A stretch of 62,443 nt of DNA, the filler included, from Choristocarpus tenellus KU-1152 (taxonomy: Eukaryota > Protista > Phaeophyceae): NCBI GenBank assembly GCA_964200185.2. It is 12 parts of 12 records of this genome, joined end to end, with 100 filler letters (N's around TTAATTAATTAA, not from the genome) between each part and the next. Parts side by side here need not be neighbours in the genome. Positions count along the whole stretch, not along the records: positions 37,427 to 41,781 come from CAXNAD020014949.1; positions 41,882 to 46,780 come from CAXNAD020012615.1; positions 46,881 to 49,658 come from CAXNAD020024836.1; positions 49,759 to 54,364 come from CAXNAD020013818.1; 8 more parts are not named here. The stretch is one strand, 5' to 3'. The notes under the pieces are model-generated. The model was not told the origin of the DNA and made no database searches. It saw nothing but the letters and a program-made list of their open reading frames with translations. Both the position numbers and the translations under genes were made by a program. The stretch's first letter is position 1. Each line of letters opens with the position of its first letter. Of the stretch, positions 37,797 to 50,590 are shown piece by piece.

Positions 37797-39559
37797 GAGG
37801 TCAGCTAGAGGTGCACGTGCAGAGTTACATGCACCCAAAGCTCCCAAGTCCAAGGCTGAGCTGGAAGCGGAGGCTGCTGCAGAAGAGCTTATGGCGCAAC
37901 ATAGGGAGGTGAGAGCAACTGTGTCCTCGGATTGTGTCCCAATGAGGGAGGGCACTGTCACTATGGATATAATTGTACATTTGAGGGAGTTACATTGATG
38001 GTACACTCTTGGTGGTCCTAGGCATGTTTTTCGTTGTGATACTGTTGGTTGGTACTGTACCTTGATGGTGACACCTGAGGTAATACTGTTCAATGCCATG
38101 CATTAATACATAAACGCAAAGGGCATCCTGGCTTTGAGTGTACCCTGTCCAAATCTCGTGCTGTGAAGGCCAAGTCAACAAACAAGTACGCTCCGATATA
38201 CTAGTAAATAGGATGTAGTTACGCCTGTTACGCTGTTTTGTTTCCCTTTGGTCCAATTAGATATTGTCTTTCTGAACGTTGCATATGATTAGTCTGAGTC
38301 TTGCTGCAGTGACCTACCTCATTGAACAACGTACAACTTCCATATTTCATTATCCAATTCATGATGTATCAAGTAGTATGGGATCTGACTGAGACTTTGC
38401 TGTATTTGAGGTGGTTGTGAGTCTTCTTCTCTAAGTTGGACTTGGTCTCATTGCAATTTAATCTCTTTTCCCAGCAGTTAGCTGCAATTGTTCATTGGTG
38501 AGAGCGGTGAGAGGTGAGGGATAGAAAATAAACTAAAAACATTGATCCCAACACTAAGTGTATAATATATATAATATTAGTATTAATATTCCAAAATAAT
38601 TGAACTGGGGTAGACAACCCTGATGAGAGGGGAGATTGAGTGAGTCCCATCAACAGACAATGCTCATTGGCCATCTACCCTGGTGCAATGAACCTTACCA
38701 CCACATCTAAGACCATTCCTGTAGGTATCCTGACTTGATCAATATACAGTTAGAACCTTGGCACATCATACTTCAAAGTGGTTGCAAACACTATTCTTTG
38801 CATTCCATTTGAGCTCAGCAGTATTCCCTACACAGTGATGAACCATCTCTTTCAATGTCATCAGTTTCACAGTTTCAACATGTCTTATTTCTCTCAGTAC
38901 CTCAAGAATATTCTCAACTGTAACATGATTATTTGCAAGTCGTTCACAGCTTGCTGCTATTGACACCTTTGCCTGTGTGAAAGTTGTCCCTTAGACCGAT
39001 TCTTCCCCAAGTTGGTCATTTTGATTTGGTGACACATCAATCCAATCCTATTGAAAGGGTCCTGCTCTGTTTGTTCGCTTGTAGTGCAGAGTACACTTCC
39101 TCATGTCATTGTTCATCACAAGCTATTTGTATATCAATGTCTCAAACCCTGTTCTACCTTCTAAGGCACGTGGTGCATCCCTAGTGGAACGACATAGGGC
39201 AGATGCTGCTGCTGCCAAGAAGAATGAAGATGGGAAAGCTGGGAAGAACAAAAAGTGGTCATGGAGTCGGGAGGGTGACTTTGAACAGCGGCGTCGCTTC
39301 ACTCCACAGGTAGCAAGAGGATCCTTCCGTTATCGTTTTTTGAGTGATGTGATTGTACTATTAGTACTTCAATATGTTTATTTTAACAGGCCTCTTGGTT
39401 GCTGAAGGCATTGATCAAACTAGGTTATTGATGTGGTGACTGGAACTAATCTTGTTATCCCACCCCAACTTTTGATGACAGATGTATGAAGAGCTGGTTC
39501 AGAAGTCTCATGAGCTAGACTCAAAATTCTCACGGTCTATCTCCCGAACCTTTTTGTGA
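37797..39559 (+). CDS. GPALPP1: C-terminal exons (37797-37908, 39166-39309, 39482-39559) of a GPALPP1/DUF3752-family protein
   Basis: ...AEELMAQHRE|ARGASLVERHRAD...WSWSREGDFEQRRRFTPQ|MYEELVQKSHELDSKFSRSISRTFL* matches the DUF3752 tail pattern (R..SL+E.H ... RE.D ... KS.EL.S+FS..FL*). Confidence 0.75.
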
Positions 39560-40849
39560 AGGAGTACAATCACAATAGTTGCGCCACACACAGCATACCA
39601 GGAAGGGAGGGTGCAGTGCACAAGTGTTTCAAATCATGTCTGATGTAGATATGGTCGTCTTGGGACCTCTCTCTCTAGTGCATTCCTGTGCCCCTGTGCT
39701 GTCAACCTCACCACATGAGTAGTAGACATGTTGCTATGCTGCTGAACAAGTAAGTATGCCAGCATGGTGATTGTGATTTTTTCTGTGTGATTATGGAAGG
39801 TGTGTTAGATCATCCTTCTGTTTCCTCTTTATTCAATACGTACAGATTCATTCCATCATCTGCAGTACTTGGCATTGTTTACTCAAAATTAGCCTGCTCT
39901 AAATGGGTTCAAATGATCCCCAGTGCTCTGTATTGGACGTGAATGACTGTGAACTAAGCACCCAATAAATTAAATTATTGAGTGGCATACCTGTGATATA
40001 TGGTCTGCACATCCCAGGTCGTAAGAAAATTATGCTTGTTCATCCAAATGATAAGAATGTCAAAATTGCAAGGTAAAAGTCACCTGTGAGAACACCATTT
40101 GAACAATAACTGTTAATGTGTAGAACAAGTTAGACCCGTTGAAATACCTGTAGACTATCATAACATGTCAAGAAGACTAACTGCCGATCTCTCAGATGTA
40201 GAGAGTGATGGTTCCATTACTCAATGCTTGCCCCTTGTATGCGTTTGTTTCACTTGCATTGAAGGTTGTCGTAAGGTACTCCAATGTGGTTGAACAAAAT
40301 ACATTATATTCCTACATACTTTTATGGTTATCATGTATTTATCGAATTGCATACACTGGTAAGCATGGCTCCAAGTGATACATGGAATATAATCATATTT
40401 ATAGAAAGTGAAATCAACATACTCCCTCTGCCCCCAAGTCTGTGATGTTCCTAATTTTGACTTTTGTTTTGACTGTTGCTTCACAAATACAAAAACTTTC
40501 CCAGTGATGTAATGGTTCGGAGGGGATTTTTGGTTTTTGCATGTTGTTCCAAGAAGTGAAACTGAAAAAAAACGTCCTTTTCGACCCCATTTTCAGTGGC
40601 TACACTGCACCTGGCAGTGGGTACGACACCCCCCCATCGTCACACAACATCTCAGCACTTCACCAAGAGTCGTACAACTCTTGCGTAGCCTCTGGACTAT
40701 CTGCCACAGGAGTCCTGTAGCCAATATGGTCACTCCAGCTAGTCTGCCGTCTTTCATCAGAAAGCCGATTGGCCTGGGGTAAGAATTGCGAGCTGAGCAA
40801 GGTTGAAACACGTTGGGCACACACAATGCCTTGTCTCTAGCTCCTAGTA

Positions 40850-41781
40850 AGAAATGGCTTTCTAAAGGCGTTGGACCAGAGTTGGTGAAAATTATCTGAG
40901 ATATAACTGTATATGTGGGCACATGTACAAGAGCAATAGGACAATGGCAACATACTTTTTCTGAAATCAATGTCACGAAGCGGGCGACCATCAGACTTTG
41001 CACCAACAAAGCATGCGAAGATTTGAAAGGCCAACGCCATGAATCTAACCCTGACCCTCGATCAGCTGTCTGTCAAGGTAGCCAAAGTCAGCTTCATAGC
41101 CAGTACCTCAAAGCTTCAGCGATGGCTCAAAGTGATGGGTGAAATAATGGTGAAACGGTGCATTACCCCAATCCCATCACTAACAGATTGAAAGAACTGG
41201 GTAGATTTCATCCTTGACCGAGCACCAAGGAATCGCATCAATTACAGAAGCCATCTCAACACAATTCATATCGACAAAGCATGGTTCTACCTCAGATGCA
41301 ACGGTAAGCACATCTGCCAGTTCCCTGGGAAGGAAAGGGTAGGCTCCACCAAGGTACAGCGCAAGAGTCACATTCCCAGCATGGTGTTTATCTGTGCCGT
41401 TTCACACCCAGATCCTTCCCGTGATTTTCATGGCATGATCGGAATCTGGCACGTTTGTGTCATCAGGCAGGTACTGAGAAAATCAGCCCTCCATGAGTGG
41501 GGGCAGCAGTATGACTTCAGTGCAACACCAAGTGGTATGTGGAGACCTTTCTCACCACATTGAAGGAAAAAATGCTGTGTTTGGAGGGTGAGGAGGTGGT
41601 CGCATAGCAGAACAGAGTGACCCCCCATATGGGAAAAGACACGTCGCGAAAGCTCAACGAAGCCAGGAGGGAGGGGGGGTGGAATGTTGAGCTTGTAACG
41701 CAGCCTGTGTTGTCACCTGATCTCACTATCAATGATGTGGGGTTCTTTTCATCCCTAAGAAGTAGAGTTTGGAGGAAGCAT
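40850..41781 (+). mobile_element. Decayed Tc1/mariner DD39D-type transposase, truncated by the contig end
   Basis: RSGRP..HTH..LQRWL; IHIDKAWFYL; RKSHIPSMVFICAVSHPDP..FHGMIGIW; *QNRVTPH; VELVTQPVLSPDLTINDVGFFSSL. These are DD39D mariner motifs with stops and frameshifts. Confidence 0.9.
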
Positions 41782-41905
41782 NNNNNNNNNNNNNNNNNNN
41801 NNNNNNNNNNNNNNNNNNNNNNNNNTTAATTAATTAANNNNNNNNNNNNNNNNNNNNNNNNNNNNNNNNNNNNNNNNNNNNCGGATCACCAGCTGAAGTC
41901 ATTTT

Positions 41906-41973
41906 GACCCAAAGTATCTGGGGGGGGGTCACCCAAATGGACAGCCACCCCCCTCCCCCAGGTACTTTGAGCT
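41906..41973. mobile_element. Minimal 68-bp family A MITE, TSD TTT
   Basis: TTT|GACCCAAAGTATCTGGG...CCAAATGGACAG...CCCAGGTACTTTGAGCT|TTT. Confidence 0.8.
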
Positions 41974-42280
41974 TTTCAGCTATGCACAGGTGGTATGTAC
42001 GACCTGAAATACTCCTTTGAATATTTCTACGGGTGCATAGACTCCCAGAGGCCGGATTAGTGGATTGCTAAGGTATGACAAATAATCCCTGCTTCCTCAA
42101 GTGCCAACATGATTTTTTTGTATGAACGAGAGCTACAACTTACACATATCTGAGTGCCCCAAGCCTCTTACATGCATCGCTTTCTGTGCTATCACTGACT
42201 AAAGTATTTCCATTTTAAAATCTGTTGGCAAATCCTCTATATCAACACACTATGTGGATCCTTTTCACCCCCATCCTGAC

Positions 42281-45200
42281 CTGTGCCACCACCTCAGTTG
42301 TTAAGAACATGGCACTCTCGGTGCTTAATTCTCTGAACTCCAAATTGGTCGATGATGTTTGCATCAGAGTATGAGCAACTTTTGATCTCTACATTTATTA
42401 CCCAGATCATTACCTGCCTTTCACTATGAATAAGCTTTCACACATTGATATTTGTGAGACTTGTGGCACTGTGCATAATTTCATGTTTGTATCACACTTT
42501 TTTTGCTATACTTTCAGTAAGAACCGACCTGATTTAGCTTGGCAGCAAATTTACTGGTCACTTTTTCTGTTTTTTCTTCTCCACCTCCCCCTGGTTCCAT
42601 TTCCAAGAACCCCATTGCATTTGCAAATGCTCCCTTCTTCTTCAAGTCGTTCTGCAGACCAACTGCGGGTGGTCCAGCTGTAGCAATTGCAACTCTTGTA
42701 GCCTCCTTCTCACATATGAAAGGAGGGGAAGAGGGTCATATCAAATTATGAATGCTTAGATGCCAAGCTTGAGGAAGTATCTTCTGCCGGATGCTAGATG
42801 TGGGACTTGGGCATGCAACTAAGCAAATTGTTGTGACAGAGATTGAGTGCTTGCCTCCAGTCGGTATATTTTGAGGCAAAGCAAAGCATCTTAGAGGGTA
42901 GGACCGCTTCCGTTTAGGGTCCAAAACCCAATGTTGCAATTTTGATGCAATTTTGGCCATCGTGCTTGTTAGGAAGTGTCAATATCCTTATTTCGGACAC
43001 ATCTTTCATAGTCCTATACATTTTACCCACTCGGAAACATTTCAGAGTAGGTAACTGTCATAAAAAATCTGTGGGAAGTCAAGCCCTGAACATACAAACA
43101 GGACAAAACTCCTTCACTCTTAAATGTTTTGGATCTTCTACCTTTAGACTTTCTACTGATTTTGCCTTGTCCTCACATATCGAACAAATATTGAGATATC
43201 TGCATGCAGTTGTCACCCACCCTATCCAGACTTACAAGTAAAAAGGGACACACTGGTCGTGGCAAGGTCTACTCTCAACGTTTGGAACATGTCGATTTGT
43301 CAGGTGTCAGGCGTCTGCACTTGAAATCAATGAAAACAAAGATCTGCACGAGTGATCTCCTCACCCATAGACCCTGGAGAAACGATATGCGATCAACCCT
43401 CAATACAAGCCTTTTTAGGCACAGATGACACCTTCTCAGAATCACCACAGTTTGGAGAGCGACTAGCTAGGTACACAACTCGATGCATTGGATATTATCG
43501 AGAATCAGTAATTCCTAAGGTTTCGTATCCTTCGCCACCCTCCTTGAGGGAAGGATACACCTGTAAACCATGAAATGTCAGCACATCCGCCAGCTCAACC
43601 AGCAAAGCAAGGAGAGCTTTGATGACATCCAGGCAAAGCATTTTCGAATTTCCTCGATGTGCATGGAATGCAATTCTCAGTGTTTTTTTGTTGTATTTCG
43701 TGTATTGCACACCTTTTACTATACCCAATAACTCAGAAATCTGATAGGAATAGGACGAACAATACACGTAAGTAAAAGAGAAAAGCGTAGGTAAGGCCTC
43801 CCTGACCACACCAGAGCCCCAGCAAGCCCTCTGATAGTGATGCCTCACCGAGAAGTTTGCTTTGTTTCTAGTTCAACAGAGGCATCACATAGTAGAACAA
43901 AGTCAGGTAAAACCCTACCCTCTTTGGCAATCTCTCTTTCTCCTGTTGGCAATACTGCTCACACAGACGTTGCACTCCTGACAATGGGTTCGCAAAATTG
44001 TGGTGTTTTATGCTATCAACCACAGCACAAGATACCTTGAGAAATGAACGAACCCTCAAAAAACGGGAGAAGATGATTGATTAGTCATTCTGATGAAGAT
44101 TTTGGGCAATGCTCTGAAAAGAAAAAGAAGCATCAACGTACACTTGTCTGAGCGGATGTCGGTCAGACAAACTGATTAATCAAGGCAAGGAGATACAAGC
44201 CCTCATTTAAGAATCAGGAGCAGGAACCGCAGGTTTCCTGGCATTAGGGAGGTATTCTAACAACAGCAATTAGCCAAGTACTTCATTTGAATGACAGGTA
44301 GAAGCACCACATATATCCTTCGTCTTTCTGGGCCAAACACCTGGAAAGGTAATCTACGTTTGCAAGGATTGCTTTAGCGTTTCTGAACAGTTTAATTCCA
44401 TAAAATTGGATGTGCTTTCATGGGAAAGTCGGGATTGCACCAGCAGTCGCATGTTAGTAGTTACAACGTATAATTGTTCCAAAGTACGTTAAGTGAAATG
44501 GGGCGGAGAGTTGCGTTTGGGGGTTTCAGGCAAAACGGTATGGTCTAGAAGAACGCTTCTAGATCTCAAGGAACAATTCGATGTACTCGAGAAGGACACA
44601 AAGATCTGGAACTTGTACAAGTGGCATTGTTCTAGATGCCTGTTAGTAGAGAGTAGAGAGAAGAGTTCCACACGATCTCTGTTTCAAATGTCCATCGAGA
44701 ACCGAGCACTTCTACCTACGAAGTTCGATCTACAAGCATAATCATATAAAATAATAAAAGGCAACAACTAAACACCTCTCAAGACACGCCTAGCAGATTG
44801 AGATCTGAATGTTGCTGCCAAAAGGAGGGAGTCTGTATGAGTGAAAGGAGTCTTAACTACTGCTATAGCGAGGCCAAAGTAGGTCAGACATTAGTGTTCT
44901 GCAGAGGGTCATTGGGTTCAGCTAGACCAAGGTTCTAAAAAGGCAACATATTTCTGGGTCTGTAATGTCATATTTTCGGAACACCCCACCAACAGATTAT
45001 GAGATATAATAAAAATAGTAACCAGTAACTTTGTGGTTCTATCAAATACCTCTACCAATGTTGAGATATGGTATGGCACAAAAAGCAGCTTTTTCACCCA
45101 TCAAACAATAGCGTATCTGTTTCATAAGCCAATCAATAGGATGTGTTCACCCTGCAAACTATCCACACACCCTGTCTTATTGATGCATGGTGGATGGATG

Positions 45201-46660
45201 GATGGGATGGAAAATAAAAAGACTGATCGACTCATGGGTACTGAACAGAGTCGATGCACATACCTCACCCTGGAGAAAATAGCAGTCATCTTCGTCTTGA
45301 CTCCAACCCACACGCACAGCTTGAGCTTCCCACTGACTATGATCAAGGACAGGGGGCCTACATCTAGGTTTTTCACCGGACAATGGGTCATGCCTTGTCT
45401 CCTTTCCTTTTTTTTTTTCAGTTCTAACTTTCATGTCTCGAAGTGGGTCTTCCACCTTTTTTCAAATGTTTGAAATGCAATGAGCCAAATCAATTGAGAG
45501 GTAGGCAGGGCTGTGTTTGAAGAATTACTGGAAAGGGCAAAATACATTTTTTTTGTATAATTGTAGCAAGAGTCTTTGTTTTTGAATTGTGGTGTCAAAC
45601 TTCAGAATACAAGAGAGGGGAAAATGTAGAATGTTTGATACTGGCAGACAACATGACCGTGACTTCGACAGACCTCCTCTGCATGCTTACCACACAACAC
45701 TGGTTAAAGTACCAGGGAGTATTCTGATGTGCAGCAGCTGCTGCTCGTTCAGCTACCTCCAAGGCATAGATGCTTGTGGAGTATCGCACACAGTACCTGA
45801 GTATTCAATGGGATACGATCATTTTCGGGGGGTAAAAAATTCAATTAGTAGATTTTTTTTCCGTGTTGTCTAGAGTTCATCATCCTCGTTCCTTGTCCTA
45901 TTCACTCTACCATTTAGCACAAATTGTACTAATCTTGCTTATTTCGGATGTCAGTTTACTTGAACCTACTTTAAGAAACGTAGGCAGACCCTTTAAAAGT
46001 TCAAACACTAACCTATCCAGCACCACTTTGGGTCTCTCTTGGTTACCCCCGGCCCCTGTTGCGGTCTGGGGTCGGAGATGCGCTGTTCCTGGACGATTCT
46101 TCTGTGAAGTCCCAGGACGATTTTGCCCCACTCCATCCACGTCAAGAGGGAGAGCGTGGACAGGGATGACTGACAATACTCCGTGGGGGATCACAGTTAT
46201 TTCCTAAAGCAGGCAGAGGGTGGGGAGAACAAACTCAGGGCTATATGATGCTCTTTAACGTATGTTTTGGGTCTGACTGAGGGTGAGGGGGAGGGCTATT
46301 TTGACCAAATGGCTTGAATCTACATAGGAATCTGACTGGGATTGATAGTATCAGGTTTGTGCATATTTTCTCATTTTTTGCATATGCACGTCAGGCGAAA
46401 AAAAGCCTGTGTAATTGCTGAATATCGAAGAGATTATGACTTTGGATGACTACAAGAACATATCACAATTGATGTGCATGTCGGGATTTGGTTTGAGTGA
46501 GCGCGAATGGGGAGACTCTCAGCCCCATACCAGTATTGAGTGTGTGGTCTAGTGCAGGGCTAACCTGCACATGTGGAGGTAGGGCTTCCAGGATTCTAGT
46601 GATGTTCAATGCCCGACTGAGGTTGTGCAGGGAGAATGCAACCAAGGCGTTTCGTTTCAC
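42281..46660 (-). CDS. Partial CHAT-domain (caspase HetF-associated with TPRs) protein; exons 46660-46565, 46203-46013, 45796-45691, 45455-45264, 42705-42529, 42388-42281
   Basis: The phase-consistent chain gives EITVIPHGVLSVIPVHALP ... VLDR-YCVRYSTSIYAL ... CCV-VEDPLRDM ... WEAQAV ... FLQGE-EATRVAI, which is the ordered series of N-terminal CHAT motifs. 45455-45264 may hide a small intron. Confidence 0.75.
42878..43135. mobile_element. MITE family B, diverged copy in reverse orientation, inside a CHAT-gene intron
   Basis: AAAGCATCTTAGAGGGTA terminus. The interior is the reverse complement of 30630-30878 (gggtccaaaa.ccaatgttgc.attttgatg, gtcaatatcctt.ttcggacac). Confidence 0.8.
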
Positions 46661-46912
46661 CTGGAAAAATTGTTCAGACCGAGTCCTGTCAATGTGGTAG
46701 TGTACTTAGTTGTGATGAGTGAGTGGTAAGCGTATTCTATTTTTTACACATTGAACAAGAATCAGACCCAAAGTATCTGGNNNNNNNNNNNNNNNNNNNN
46801 NNNNNNNNNNNNNNNNNNNNNNNNTTAATTAATTAANNNNNNNNNNNNNNNNNNNNNNNNNNNNNNNNNNNNNNNNNNNNCCATTCGCTCAAGTCCCCCA
46901 CTCCTCTCACAC

Positions 46913-49606
46913 CTGCCCTTAATCCGGTCAAGATATTCAGCAATCCAATAGCGCGATGTGTTTCGCATCACCCCGTTGGCAGTTTGTACCGCCCCCTCTC
47001 CCCTTTCCACTGTAGCAGTTACTTGGTTGCCCTCCATAACTCCTTCTCCCCTGGCCCAGCGCTTCACTTGATAATGAGACAAAAGGTCTAGGTACCTGCG
47101 TGGACGACGGTCACGGGGGGAGAGCACATGGCGAATGTGATCTTGTCTAGTGGACAAAGATGAAAAGGAGACCATACTGGTGTAGACACATCTTGTGGGA
47201 CAGGGGGGCAGGTGGGAGATACGAACACCTGCGAATGGGTGATGACCATTGAACATAGGAGCTGAGACCCAACCCCCAATGCTGCCCAGGGATGAATGAG
47301 GTTGTTGCACCCTTCATATACTTATACATTGCCTGTGGTGGTGGGGAAGGACATGGAGGGGTCGGGGGGAGCTGGTGAATAATGAGAAGGCTTGTCTGAT
47401 GGATATGAAAATTTGAGTAGAGGCAAGATGCGAATTCTCAAAAAAAGGACCAGAGAAGATGTGCTTATCAAGGCAATATCCACCATTCTCGATTCTCAGT
47501 CATCCCCTCAACTTCAACTGCTTTTCCCACCTAAGCATGTCAGCACAAGAGCCACAGTGCATGTGGACGGATCAGTAGACCCATAATTTCTATGATACAC
47601 ATCTACACCCACATTACATGAACACAGAGGCTCACAAGCACACATACATGCAGGGCCTTCAAGAACAAGGAACATATAAAAAAGCATGTTCACAGCTGAA
47701 AAACTACATGAACTGAGACAACCACCAACAGTAACAATACCCTGTAGTACCTGGGCACGACAATACTTTTCTGGGAAATGGTTCAGGAATTCTGAGTCTG
47801 GCATTTCACTAGGTGCATCCTGCTTCCTGAAAGGCAGGGGGATGTCCTCATCTGATCCCAATCTGTCCAACAAAAACAACAATTTGTGGGCAAACAGGAT
47901 CAGTTTCTTGTGCAAGCATCCTTTTGTGGGTGGGGTGAATGGGGCTAGCACAGGGGATTTAAGATGGGAGGTTAAGGGTTGCACAAATGGAAGAGGAAGG
48001 GTGAGAGTACCATGGGCAATGCATTAACCTCATTGATGTATATGTCCTTGGAGATAACGGGGTTCGAGTGACATAAAAACGCACGATACATCAAATGCCT
48101 GCAGAAGGGCTGGAAACCCTTTGTCTTGAGGCAATTTTCAACACGCTGCTGGTATCATACATGCAGAAAAAATTGCGCACTCTTGATTTCCTGCTGAAGC
48201 TCTCTGTCATATCACGTAAGTGTATACTGTACACAATAAATACACAATAAATACACATGCCAGGAGCGAGGGATTAAAACCACATTTGGCAAACGCATAC
48301 GCAAGCACAAGGTGAATCTGCATACTTCAATGTCACATCCCTTTCTCCCCCTCTATCAATCTTCTATCAATCCAACAATGGGGAAAAAAACGCAAGACTG
48401 GCATTGGACCCCATGCCCATCTATCAAGTAATCTTACACTCTTCAGAGGCAATGCTCTGTGGTTTGGAAACGGCTCCATTGCTTGTTCCCCCCCCCACAC
48501 ACACACACACACTTTCACCCTCCTTCAACCTCGCCCTCCTCTCTTCCCCAACAGAGACCATACTTGCCGCACCTGCCCATGCCCTCCCCCACTAGTATCA
48601 TCATTTCTGTCACCATGCGAGTAGCGCGCATGTTGGGATCATCCGGATAAATTGTTATCTTCACGCCTCTTTCCTCCTGTGGATCATCCCTAACCTTGAA
48701 GAGGTGGAAGTTGTTTTGGGAAGGAGAGTTGCAGGGGCAACCAGTGATAGGAGACAAGGGGGTGTTACCAACACCATCGCCAGAAAGTCAAGGAGGGGGC
48801 AGGGGTGAGGAGAATGCATCGATTTTGGAGTATCGTGTGTGCTCCAGGGTAACAGGTTACAGGTGCTCGTGTTTCAAGGGCTCATGATCACAAGTCCTAA
48901 AACATGAGCCCTGACCTCCAGACCTTTTAATATTCTTGTGGCTGACGAGTTATTGTAGAAGGCAATAGCTCTTCCATGCTGTTGCCCATGCAAATTCCAT
49001 ACTGAGTGGGAAAAGACATCCTTGTCACTACAGAGATTGTGTGCCGGCAGGGAACAAATGTGATTGTTGCGCGCATGGACAGTTGGCAGGTGGGAAAAGG
49101 ACATGGACACTCAGCATGTGCGACCCGTACACTCATCTTCTAGTCATACAGGAAATATGAACTGAAAAATAAAGAACAGCTCCTTTTAAAAGGGCCCCAG
49201 CACCACAAAACCAGTCACACCAACAGGTTCTACTACATGCAGCATTCACTGCAACTGAAAAGAATCATGTAAAATCAACGAGCAACACTTCAAAGGAGCA
49301 TCAGGAGGAATGGCCATGAGGGGCCAGGTTGAGGGCCATGGGGGTGTGGAGTTCAGGTTGCGTCTACAGCAGATGAATTGGAACAGGATAAAAAAGCATG
49401 GGCGTTGGGATGGTAATGTGAGACCATAATCAAGTACGGGTTTGGAGCAGCATAGTGATGGACTGGCTCTAAAGAAGGTGGGAGTTGTCAACCAGGCAGA
49501 AGAGACTATCTAAAAAAAAAATTGTCAGGGGAAAACTATGGCCACCTTCACTATAGCATCAATGCTCTTCTCAAAACGGTCCACTGCTCCCTTGCTGCAT
49601 CGGAAC
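46913..49606 (-). CDS. rnb: Partial RNase II / RNB-domain 3'-5' exoribonuclease (organellar/cyanobacterial-like type); exons 49606-49546, 48694-48573, 47862-47751, 47332-47229, 47095-46913
   Basis: Five phase-consistent exons give RMVTEMMILVGE, IPLPFRKQ, HWGLGLSSYVQWSSPIRR-YLDLLSHYQVK and SRYWIAEYL, which are RNB motifs. Confidence 0.93.
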
Positions 49607-49876
49607 CTGCATCAATGTAGAGACATTTAGGGGGGGAGAGGAGGGGGAGGGAGGAGATNNNNNNNNNNNNNNNNNNNNNNNNNNNNNNNNNNNNNNNNNN
49701 NNTTAATTAATTAANNNNNNNNNNNNNNNNNNNNNNNNNNNNNNNNNNNNNNNNNNNNTTGGTACCACGATATAACGGTATATGGCATACGGCAATAACG
49801 GTATAATAACAGACAAACATTCTTTCCAAATATATTATTGGTGACATGAGAAATATGACCATTCCAATAGCAGCGG

Positions 49877-49949
49877 GCCGGAGTAGCTCAGTCGGTAGAG
49901 CGTACGACTTTTAATCGTATGGTCGTGGGTTCGAGCCCCACCTTCGGTG
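49877..49949 (+). tRNA. trnK-UUU: tRNA-Lys(UUU), intronless, CCA not encoded
   Basis: Cloverleaf: acceptor GCCGGAG/CTTCGGT, D-arm GCTC/GAGC, anticodon stem TACGA/TCGTA with TTT at 49910-49912, T-arm GTGGG-TTCGAGC-CCCAC. An oligo-T tract lies just downstream. Confidence 0.97.
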
Positions 49950-50119
49950 CATTTCGCCTTTAATTTTGTACGTATTCTGGAGGTTTTCTTGAATTAGGTG
50001 TACTCTGGTAGTTTCAATAGTAGTAGTAGTAGTACTTGAAGATGGATTACATTGGTGGGACGGATGTCTTTTTGGGGAAAGGTGTCTTCTCGTGTTAGAA
50101 AAGGATCTCGACAGCTCTG

Positions 50120-50590
50120 TCTATAGGAAAGGGTTGGTAGGACCAGGATAGGCCGCAGGTTGATCCATGAAAAATGGACAGGACCTTAGCGAAAGTATTT
50201 TCACCAGTTGACTGCAGTAACCTGAATTGAAGGCGGAAGCACGTATTGAGCAGACAATCTTGACCATGGAACATTCACGTTAACCATGTCAAACCATTTT
50301 GCGTGAAACCCGTTCACCTGAGACGCGACTTTCAGGATAATTTCGACCAAATAGCGTTGGACTCTGATTTGGGTCTAGTAAGAGGGTCAGTATCTGTGAC
50401 ATCAATGACACCTTGATTGTTAGACAGAAAGATCATTCTTCTTCCCTCTTATATGTGGCATCGGGATTCTGTGGGAAGGTTTCAGATATAAACACATCGG
50501 ACCGAGTTCCAAAAGCACGGATTGTTGGATAGCTTCACTCCCCTCCAACTGGAGTCTTCCATGCCGCTTGTAGAACCTACACTGGCCTAA
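50120..50590 (+). mobile_element. Decayed Ty3/gypsy pol C-terminal fragment (post-integrase GPY/F region)
   Basis: LIHEKWTGP ... IHVNHVKPFCVKPVHLRRDFQDNFDQIALDSDLGL, with stops and frameshifts. Confidence 0.5.

Noticed and set aside
49877-50590. tRNA-targeted gypsy insertion
   Set aside because: Only an internal pol fragment is visible, with no LTR or TSD to define an insertion site
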